Of a stretch of DNA of 64,000 nucleotides, positions 51,289-59,227 are shown in pieces. Positions within the stretch are counted from its first letter, which is position 1. Each line of letters begins with the position of its first letter. The notes beneath the pieces are model-generated. The model did no database searches. It saw nothing but the letters and a program-made list of their open reading frames with translations, and was not told the DNA's origin. Origin of the DNA: Fidelibacterota bacterium (GTDB lineage: Bacteria; Fidelibacterota; UBA8477; JABMPR01); assembly GCA_018650795.1 (NCBI GenBank), contig JABIFG010000118.1:17731-81730 (forward strand). The letters run 5' to 3'. The translations under genes and the position numbers were made by a program.

Positions 51289-52794
51289 CTACTGAAGATT
51301 TCTTACATATATTTGGAAGTATGAGCGATTGCCAAGCAGGTGATAGTCCTCTGAAACGAACTCGTATAACCGGTTTTTTTCAATATTACCCTCTTTGCTG
51401 TTCCAGATAAAAACCGCTGGAGGTGCCTTCTCCAAATCCGCCAGTAATCGCGACATCAGTTCGCTGACTTTTTTATTCTTCTTCTCTTTCAGAGGAAGAT
51501 TGTAGAATATTCCAGATGCTGCCCTTCTTTGACTGTAATAATAAACTCCCGATTCAGAGCCCCAGTAATAGATCGACTCATCCGGATTCGTCATGGCCTT
51601 GATTTCGAGGCCCATTTCCCAGGCATCGATAAATTGATCACCGTATTTCTCATGAGATAATTCAACTGGACTAAGTTTGAAGAATTCAACCTGATGATTG
51701 ATCATGGTCCCAAGAGCAACTGATATCAATGCACTTCCCAGGAGCAAACGCCAAACCCGATTTACTTTTAGTTCTTTAAAAATGTTGATGATCAGTAGAC
51801 TGGAATTGATGGTTAACATTGGAAAAAGGGTCTGATTATAGTGTGGATAATTACGACCGATACTTCCTATTTCAAATAGAACCCCAAGCGTCATTAAAAT
51901 GAAGAAGTAGTGAGGTGTTTGCATCTTTTTAGATCGTGAGCCGATAAAGAGCCAGGCGTAACCCAATAAAACGAGAATCCATATCCCATACAGGGATTGC
52001 GAGAATAAATAGGTGGGTCGAGAGAAAAATCCCCAAATATTCATAAGGAAATTTCCAGAATATTGACCGTTGTACACGATGAGTATATCCCAGTACTCTT
52101 GAAATCGACCGAGTAGTAGAGCATAAGCAAACATGGAGCACCACAGCAGTGGTACGGGGTACAAGATGGCCAGGCTCTGTTGGAAATATGTCTTTATATT
52201 GCGGTTCTCCTGGGATTGGTAAATCTGGAGCAGAATGTAGAATAGCATAGGTACGAGAACAAAGACTGCAACAGGTTTGAACATAGTTGCTATTCCCATA
52301 GCCCAACCCGCCAGGTGTAAATGCTTGAACCGGGGCATAGGTGTCTGCACCAGCGCCCATATGGCAACCAGCGTGAATAGATTTAAGAATATTTCTGTGT
52401 TGGGTTGGTTGGCCTGTAAATAGGCAGAATTTGAAGAGAGGACCCAAAATGACACACCTATCAGACCAGATTGCCAGCCTGAGATTTTGTCAAGAATTAA
52501 GTAAATCAAGAGGGTTGAGAGGATAGTTACGATAACCCATAAAAAAGTTAGTGATTGTTGTCCATAACCCCAGATGAGCTCAGACATTGCGAAAGTGATA
52601 TGAATACCTGGTGGTTTGTGATCCCACAGTTCTGTATATAGATGCTCTCCGGAAAGCAGAGCGTGGCCAATATATCCATAAGAAGTGAGATCTCTTTCCA
52701 GTGGTTCTTCCATTGAGTGCATTGCAGAGGCAAAAATAAATATAATGGCGAAAATAAAGATGAGCGCTGAGATAATATTTTTGGATTTAGTCAT
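51289..52794 (-). CDS. GT-C fold membrane glycosyltransferase (ArnT/PMT-like), 12+ TM
   Basis: LERDLTSYGYIGHALLSGEHLYTELWDHKPPG first-loop motif. Polytopic. 2-nt gap to glf. Confidence 0.6.
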   Translation of the reverse strand: MTKSKNIISALIFIFAIIFIFASAMHSMEEPLERDLTSYGYIGHALLSGEHLYTELWDHKPPGIHITFAMSELIWGYGQQSLTFLWVIVTILSTLLIYLILDKISGWQSGLIGVSFWVLSSNSAYLQANQPNTEIFLNLFTLVAIWALVQTPMPRFKHLHLAGWAMGIATMFKPVAVFVLVPMLFYILLQIYQSQENRNIKTYFQQSLAILYPVPLLWCSMFAYALLLGRFQEYWDILIVYNGQYSGNFLMNIWGFFSRPTYLFSQSLYGIWILVLLGYAWLFIGSRSKKMQTPHYFFILMTLGVLFEIGSIGRNYPHYNQTLFPMLTINSSLLIINIFKELKVNRVWRLLLGSALISVALGTMINHQVEFFKLSPVELSHEKYGDQFIDAWEMGLEIKAMTNPDESIYYWGSESGVYYYSQRRAASGIFYNLPLKEKKNKKVSELMSRLLADLEKAPPAVFIWNSKEGNIEKNRLYEFVSEDYHLLGNRSYFQIYVRNLQ

Positions 52795-52913
52795 ATTATG
52801 GATTTTTCAATTCTTAAATTTTGAAATAATTAACCTAAGTGTATATTCAACTCACAAAGGTGAATAGATTGCTAAAAACTTAATCGTGAAATTCTTTCCT
52901 TCCAAGTGATGAG

Positions 52914-54289
52914 ATGATGAAAGTAGTATTGGTAAGACCAAATTATGACAGCCACATAATAACGCCACCACTAGCGTTGGGCTACCTGTCGTCCTATTTG
53001 AAAAAAATGGAATGGATGTAAAAATATTTGATGGTTTACGTGACAATGTTAGTAATGCTGAACTTTTAGAATCAATCGTCGCCGAGACTCCAACCGTCGT
53101 TGGGATTACCTGTCTTACTGCATTTTATAAAGAGACCATCGAATTATCACAAATGCTCAAGGAAACGGGGCTGCGGGTTATTATCGGTGGTGTCCATCCA
53201 ACATTTCTTCCTCAGGAAACACTTGCTGAATCAGGGTGTGATTATGTCGTATTAGGTGAAGGAGAGATTGCTCTACTTAAGCTTCTTCAAAATAATTTTC
53301 AAAGTGATAGTATCGCAGGCGTTTATTCAATCAAAGATTTTGAGGACAGCAAGCCTGTAATTAAAAAAGGGAAAAAGATTGAGAATTTAGACGACATTCC
53401 ATTCCCAGATTGGGAGCAACTCAATCCCAATTTATATCCTAAAGCACCCCATGGGGCAATTGTCAAAAATTTTCCAGTCGCTCCAGTTATAACAACTCGT
53501 GGTTGTCCATATGAATGCACATTTTGTGCAAGTCCTAGCTTTTATGATCGCAAAATCCGGTTTAGATCACCAGAGAATGTTATCCAGGAAATTAAATATC
53601 TTGTTGATCAATTTGGGATTAGAGAAATCCACTTCGAAGATGATAATCTGACAATCAGACGTGGGCATATCGATAAAATCTGCGAACTTATTATCACAAC
53701 GGGAATCGAAATTAGTTGGGCGTGTCCTAATGGAATTAGAGCCGATAAAGTCGATGCAGACCTAATATCCAAGATGAAGGAAAGTGGTTGTTATTATTTT
53801 GCCTACGGAGTGGAATCAGCGGATCAACAGATTCTTTCTAATATTAAGAAACAGGTGAAAATTGAAACCATAGAGAAATCAATTGACCTTGCTTCCAAAG
53901 CGGGTATCTCATGTCAGGGATTTTTTATTTTTGGTCTGCCAGGGGAGACTGAGGAAACTCTCAATAAAAGTATTCACTTCGCGAAAAGGTCAAAGTTGGC
54001 AAGAGCTCAATTTCTGATCTTAGACGTATTGCCAGGTTCAGAATTGTGGGATACGCTCAAAGGTAAATTTGTCCCCAATTGGGATAAGAAAAGCTATAAG
54101 GAACCGGAGTGGTTGCCTGGAGAGCTGACCGATAAGCTGCTTATGAACGCTCAATCAAAAGCGTTCAGAGAATTTTATTTTAAATCTCCCCTGAGATTCC
54201 TGAAACTGGCACTTTCAATTAAACCCAGTCAAATAAGATTCTTAATTCACCGACTTCTAGATTATCGTATTTTTAATAAAACTGATTAA
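52914..54289 (+). CDS. B12-binding radical SAM protein; N-terminal 33 codons are in a different frame because of an A7 homopolymer (53001-53007)
   Basis: Tracked ORF 53012-54289 carries the CxxxCxxC motif (TTRGCPYECTFCAS) and cobalamin-binding domain. Frame 52914-53021 encodes MMKVVLVRPNYDSHIITPPLALGYLSSYLKK, the canonical start of the B12-binding domain. One extra A would fuse the frames (..YLKKNGMDVKIFDG..). Confidence 0.7.
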
Positions 54290-54483
54290 TTATTCTTGCC
54301 GCTAATACAGAAGTACGCCCCATCAAGCCATCCAAATTTCAGGAAGAATTAAATCAAATAATCCTCTCTACGTCCTCAGCGCACTTTGCGGTTAGGCAGT
54401 TTCGAGAAATTCATTTAATTGGTTGAAAAAAAGCTGAGAGTTGTATAAAACAAAAAATCCCACCAAAAGGCAGGATTTAATTG

Positions 54484-54558
54484 CGGGACCGACCGGGATC
54501 GAACCGGCGACCTCCGGCTTGACAGGCCGGCGTTCTAACCAAGCTGAACTACGATCCC
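54484..54558 (-). tRNA. tRNA-Asp (GTC)
   Basis: Reverse complement GGGATCGTAGTTCAGCTTGGTTAGAACGCCGGCCTGTCAAGCCGGAGGTCGCCGGTTCGATCCCGGTCGGTCCCG folds as a cloverleaf with anticodon loop CUGUCAA, a T-loop GGTTCGATCC, a 7-bp acceptor stem and discriminator G. CCA is not encoded. Confidence 0.85.
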
Positions 54559-54644
54559 AAAATATCAAAAAATTTATGCGGAACTCCGCTTTCACACTTC
54601 TACCAGGCTGCCTGTCACGGCGAAGCTCGGAGAGCGAAGACGGA

Positions 54645-54660
54645 AACTACGATCCCAAAA
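54645..54660. repeat. 16-bp direct duplicate (AACTACGATCCCAAAA) of the tRNA-Asp 5' end plus flank; first copy at 54547-54562
   Basis: Exact 16-mer repeated 98 bp apart. The second copy has no tRNA body. Confidence 0.6.
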
Positions 54661-54672
54661 ATTTCAAACGGC

Positions 54673-54903
54673 TTAGTCTTTTTTCCTGTATAATATTGCG
54701 ACTGGAATGATTACCAGATAGCCAATGAGTAAAACAACCGGTGAGACTGACAGTGCTTGCACACTGTTTAATTCACCTGTACCCATCAAAACATATCCAA
54801 GAATTATGACAATAAGCCCTGCTATGAAAAGAAAATAATTTATTCGCGTAAATGGTAACTCAGAGAGCCAGTGTTTGGTGCCTTTGTTTCCTTCACTTAT
54901 CAT
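54673..54903 (-). CDS. Small two-TM membrane protein (DUF3098-like)
   Basis: 76 aa, two hydrophobic helices; pattern typical of a small Bacteroidota-conserved membrane protein. Confidence 0.4.
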   Translation of the reverse strand: MISEGNKGTKHWLSELPFTRINYFLFIAGLIVIILGYVLMGTGELNSVQALSVSPVVLLIGYLVIIPVAILYRKKD

Positions 54904-55026
54904 AGCGCGGCGAATATAGACGGTGACAAATAGGTGCGCAAATAAAAATCATTTATTTGTTTAAATATTTACACTCGTTGACATGCCAAATGACCCCTTC
55001 TATATTGATAGACTTCAGAAAGGAAT

Positions 55027-56055
55027 TTGTGTTTGAATAGGATCCTGCGCTACGCTCTCATATCTGTTATGTTTCTTTGCCTGGCAGGTATTACCAGCCT
55101 TTATATCATTTTTGATTCCAGACCAGGGAAGATGGGTGAAGAACTATCGCATATTGTTATTCGTGAGGGCAGTTCATTAAGCTCAATTGCTCAGCAGCTT
55201 TATGAGGCTGACATTATTTCTTCACCCGAATCATTCAAAGTAGCTGCGCGCTTACTTAATCGAACCCGGGCTATCTATCCAGGTGCCTATTCCATTCAAA
55301 AAGGTCTTACTAATACTGAGGCTATTGAAGCACTTGCTCACGCAAAAGCCATCGAAATAACCGTAACCATTCCTGAAGGGTTACGCTCTGATGAAATTGT
55401 CGGACTCCTCAGCCGAAAATTAAATCTGGACTCGCTTAAAATGAATGGCCTTCTCACAGATTCTACTTTGCTCCTTATGGCTGGGGACGGATTCACACAT
55501 CTAGAGGGAACACTGTTCCCGGAGACTTATCGATTTCTGGAAAATAGTGATGAATTTATGGTGTTGGCAAAAATGGTTGGGCAATTTAAAGAAAGTATTC
55601 GACCCAGGATGCTCGAAGATGCCAAAACTATGGGATTTAATCTCCAGCGTCTCATCACCTTTGCCTCACTGGTTGAAAAGGAAACTGCTCGAGAAGATGA
55701 ACGCAGATTGGTCTCCTCGGTCTATCATAATCGAATTAAGCAAGACATGTTGCTTGGTTGCGACCCAACTGTAATATACATGCTCGTGCGCAGGGGAGAA
55801 TGGAATGGCAATCTTCAACGCAAACATTTTTCAATCAATGATCCTTACAATAGCTACTTGAAGCGAGGGCTTCCGCCCGGTCCTATTGCAAATCCAGGTC
55901 TGGCCAGCATCCAAGCTGCCCTGAATCCAGAAACAACTGATTATCTATATTTTGTTGGAAAAAATGATGGCACTGGTGCTCACGATTTTTCTAGAACCCT
56001 CCGCGAGCACAATAATAAAGTGAATCGCTATCAACGCCGGAGATCCTCTCGATGA
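55027..56055 (+). CDS. mltG: Endolytic murein transglycosylase MltG (YceG-like)
   Basis: N-terminal TM anchor, LEGTLFPETYRF (the EGYLFPDTY family motif), and LVEKE catalytic region. Confidence 0.8.
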   Translation: MCLNRILRYALISVMFLCLAGITSLYIIFDSRPGKMGEELSHIVIREGSSLSSIAQQLYEADIISSPESFKVAARLLNRTRAIYPGAYSIQKGLTNTEAIEALAHAKAIEITVTIPEGLRSDEIVGLLSRKLNLDSLKMNGLLTDSTLLLMAGDGFTHLEGTLFPETYRFLENSDEFMVLAKMVGQFKESIRPRMLEDAKTMGFNLQRLITFASLVEKETAREDERRLVSSVYHNRIKQDMLLGCDPTVIYMLVRRGEWNGNLQRKHFSINDPYNSYLKRGLPPGPIANPGLASIQAALNPETTDYLYFVGKNDGTGAHDFSRTLREHNNKVNRYQRRRSSR

Positions 56056-58280
56056 ATAATGTCCTGGCTGGACTAAATCCTCAACAGCAAGCTGCAGTTA
56101 AAGCCCTTGAAGGACCAGTACTTATTTTTGCCGGTGCTGGTAGTGGAAAAACCCGTGTTCTGACCCATCGGATAGCAAATATGATTTATAGTGGAACGGC
56201 CCAGCCCCATGAAATTCTATCTGTTACCTTTACAAATAAAGCTGCTGGAGAAATGCGGGACCGCATAAAGCGTATACTTGGTGAAGATCGCTCTCATATC
56301 AATATGGGTACGTTCCACTCAATCTGTGCCAGAATTCTCAGGCGTGAAGCCCTCTACATTGGATATGAGCAGAGCTTTAGCATTTACGATGACGAAGACG
56401 GTCAGAAAGTGGTCAAAAAAATCCTAAAGGATCTGCAAATCTCAACTGATGTCATCAAACCCAATTCAGTGTTCTACAATATTAAACAATTCAAGTCACA
56501 AATGATTTTTCCAGCGGAGGCAGCTGATTTAGCGCTATCAACCTTTGATGATACCGTTGCTAAAATTTATGCGATTTATCAGTCCGAACTTAAAAATAGC
56601 AGTGCCATGGATTTTGATGACCTCCTCCTGAAGCCGCTCGAGTTATTTGAAAAGAATCCCCATATCCTGAAAAAATACCAGGATCAGTTTAAATATATAA
56701 TGGTTGATGAGTATCAGGATACCAACAAAGCACAATTTTTATTCGTAGAAGCGCTCAGTCACGAGCATAAAAATTTATGTGTTGTTGGCGATGACGACCA
56801 ATCCATTTATGGCTGGCGTGGTGCTGATATCGGAAACATCCTGGATTTTCAACAACATTTCCCTGGAGCAAAGATATTTAAGCTTGAACAGAATTACCGC
56901 TCGACTAAAACAATCCTTTCAGCTGCTTCAGCTGTAGTTTCTCTGAATGAAAAACGGGCCGCCAAGGAACTCTTTACTGAAAGTGGCGATGGTGATATCA
57001 TCAAAGTTCTGGAAGGACGAAATGAGCTGGACGAAGGACGTCTCATTGTGGATGAGATTCAATCAGTATGCCGTCGCAATAAGCATGGTTTCCAGGATGT
57101 AGCGTTGCTCTATCGCACCAATGCCCAATCCCGTCCACTTGAAGATGTACTACGACGGAACGGTATACCATACCAGATCATCGGTGGTACCAAATTTTAC
57201 GACCGCTTGGAAGTAAAAGATATTCTCGGATACTTTCGACTTATTGTGAATCCCCTGGATAATGTCAGTTTCATGAGGATTATCAATAAACCAACCCGGG
57301 GGATCGGCAAGACCAGCCAGGATGCTATCAATTCATTCGCAGTTGATCAGGGCATCTCCCTTTTTAGTGCTGCAACTCGGGCTCAGGAATATGGATTGCC
57401 TGCACGAGCCTTTAATCGGGTGATTGAGTTTGTCCAACTGATCGGAAAATATTCCAGCTTGCTCAATGAATTGAATCTGGAAGAGTGGGCGCGGGTTTTT
57501 GTTGATGAACTTGGATTTGTTAATCAGTATAAAACTGAAGGGACAGCAGAGAGTGAGGTTCGTGTAGACAATATCTACGAATTGCTCTCAGCAATCTCTG
57601 AATACGCTCAGAGGGTTGAAGAACCAAATTTGACTGGCTACATGGAAGAAGTTGCCTTACTTACTGATATTGATAAGTTTAACCAGGATAAACAGCAGGT
57701 CACTCTGATGACTCTGCATAGCGCAAAAGGCTTGGAATTTCCTGTCGTATTCTTAACTGGTATGGAGGATGGACTATTCCCTTTACAGCGCTCGATCGAC
57801 GATAATGAAGCCCTTGAAGAAGAACGAAGACTTTTTTATGTTGGCTTGACACGAGCCATGGAACGTGCATATTTAAGTGGTGCTCAAATGAGACAACGAT
57901 ATGGAGAGACGATGTACAGTCGCCCCTCACGTTTTCTCGAAGAAATACCAGCTCATTTATTGGACTATTCAACGAGAAGTATCAGTGATTTATCCCGAGA
58001 GGGTTATCGCAAAAAACCTGGAGTAAAAGTGACCCGTACTAAACCAACCAAGCCTGCGCCAAAACAGACGACTGGGATGCGACGTGCGCTGGGGACCCTC
58101 AATCAGCATGAGCCCGGGGTCTATGTGGCAGGTATGCAAGTCGGTCATAAAATCTTTGGGAAGGGAAAAATTCTTACCGTTGAAGGAGCTGGTCCAGAAG
58201 CTAAAGTCACGGTGATGTTCCAGGGCAATGTGAAAAAGAAGTTGATCGCCAAGTTTGCCAATCTTGATGTTACGGATTAA
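56052..58280 (+). CDS. uvrD: ATP-dependent DNA helicase UvrD/PcrA (SF1)
   Basis: LNPQQQAAV, Walker A AGAGSGKTRVL, DEYQDTN and later SF1 motifs. 742 aa. Confidence 0.85.
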   Translation: MNNVLAGLNPQQQAAVKALEGPVLIFAGAGSGKTRVLTHRIANMIYSGTAQPHEILSVTFTNKAAGEMRDRIKRILGEDRSHINMGTFHSICARILRREALYIGYEQSFSIYDDEDGQKVVKKILKDLQISTDVIKPNSVFYNIKQFKSQMIFPAEAADLALSTFDDTVAKIYAIYQSELKNSSAMDFDDLLLKPLELFEKNPHILKKYQDQFKYIMVDEYQDTNKAQFLFVEALSHEHKNLCVVGDDDQSIYGWRGADIGNILDFQQHFPGAKIFKLEQNYRSTKTILSAASAVVSLNEKRAAKELFTESGDGDIIKVLEGRNELDEGRLIVDEIQSVCRRNKHGFQDVALLYRTNAQSRPLEDVLRRNGIPYQIIGGTKFYDRLEVKDILGYFRLIVNPLDNVSFMRIINKPTRGIGKTSQDAINSFAVDQGISLFSAATRAQEYGLPARAFNRVIEFVQLIGKYSSLLNELNLEEWARVFVDELGFVNQYKTEGTAESEVRVDNIYELLSAISEYAQRVEEPNLTGYMEEVALLTDIDKFNQDKQQVTLMTLHSAKGLEFPVVFLTGMEDGLFPLQRSIDDNEALEEERRLFYVGLTRAMERAYLSGAQMRQRYGETMYSRPSRFLEEIPAHLLDYSTRSISDLSREGYRKKPGVKVTRTKPTKPAPKQTTGMRRALGTLNQHEPGVYVAGMQVGHKIFGKGKILTVEGAGPEAKVTVMFQGNVKKKLIAKFANLDVTD

Positions 58281-58410
58281 TGCCTGACTTTCTGTTCTTT
58301 CTGAAATAATCAAAACTCCTACATATTGTAAAATCCGGGGATTTCACACTCCCCACGAACTCACATAAATTAATTCCTAAATCTAAATGAGACTTATTTG
58401 CACTTGTGTA

Positions 58411-58429
58411 AATGAGATTCATTCTTATC
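58411..58429. promoter_or_regulatory. Candidate Fur box in the fur/feoAB promoter
   Basis: AATGAGATTCATTCTTATC resembles the Fur consensus GATAATGATAATCATTATC. A direct repeat AAATGAGA lies 25 bp upstream. About 25 bp upstream of the fur RBS (AGGAG) and ATG. Confidence 0.45.
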
Positions 58430-58453
58430 TTTGCAATGAGAGGAGCACAGATT

Positions 58454-58894
58454 ATGTCTGTATCGGAAAACCAGGAATTAAAGCAAGTTCTCAGAGAGCA
58501 TGAACTCAAAGCCACGAATCAACGGATTGCTCTGCTGAAATTGTTGGATGCAACTCGTGAGCATTTTGATGCTGAAGAAATTTACCTCGAGTTACTCAAG
58601 AAACAAAAAAATGTGAGTCGAGCAACTGTGTATCGCTCCCTTGAAGCCCTGGTTGAGCAGGACTTGGTCACCAGACTTGATTTTGGCGATGGACGTATGC
58701 GCTTTGAACGGAGCAAGGGTGATGATGAACACCATGATCATCTAATATGTGAAGAGTGTGGCAAAGTAATTGAGTTCTTCAATTTGGAAATGGAAGCCCA
58801 GCAGTTGGCTACTTGTGAAGAACACGATTTTACACCCTCCGTACATACCATGCACATTTTTGGAACCTGTTCTGATTGTAAGAAAAATAAATAG
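58454..58894 (+). CDS. fur: Fur-family ferric uptake transcriptional regulator
   Basis: Winged-helix N-terminus (RATVYRSLEAL), HHDHLICEECGKVIEF metal sites, and a C-terminal CxxC. Start taken at ATG 58454, which is preceded by AGGAG. Confidence 0.8.
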   Translation: MSVSENQELKQVLREHELKATNQRIALLKLLDATREHFDAEEIYLELLKKQKNVSRATVYRSLEALVEQDLVTRLDFGDGRMRFERSKGDDEHHDHLICEECGKVIEFFNLEMEAQQLATCEEHDFTPSVHTMHIFGTCSDCKKNK

Positions 58895-58944
58895 ATGCTG
58901 ATTAATCTCAAAGCGGTAAGCGCTTAGCCGGCTGAAAGACCCCC

Positions 58945-59226
58945 ATGTTTAACTTTAAAAGACCCAGACACAAACTCAATAAAGCTAATGAAAATGATTT
59001 ACGCTTGAGCGACCTAAAACCTGGCGAAAAGGGGCGTATTATTGAAATCGGTGGTAGTGAGAATTTTCGTCATCGCCTGATAGAAATGGGAATCACACGT
59101 GATGCTGAAATATGCGTTGATAAATACGCGCCGCTGCGTGATCCCATGGAACTCATCGTGAAGGGATATCATTTGTCACTACGGGGCATGGATGCTCAAA
59201 AGATTGCTGTGGAGCGTTTAGCTTAA
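58945..59226 (+). CDS. feoA: Ferrous iron transport protein A
   Basis: LSDLKPGEKGRIIEI SH3-like FeoA signature, 93 aa. 2 nt upstream of feoB. Confidence 0.8.
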   Translation: MFNFKRPRHKLNKANENDLRLSDLKPGEKGRIIEIGGSENFRHRLIEMGITRDAEICVDKYAPLRDPMELIVKGYHLSLRGMDAQKIAVERLA

Positions 59227-59227
59227 A

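Noticed and set aside
54560-54660. Possible second (pseudo-)tRNA upstream of tRNA-Asp because of the repeated GGGAUCGUAGUU start
   Set aside because: The downstream sequence has no D-loop, T-loop (GGTTCGA) or complementary acceptor 3' strand. Only the 5' 12 nt plus flank are duplicated.
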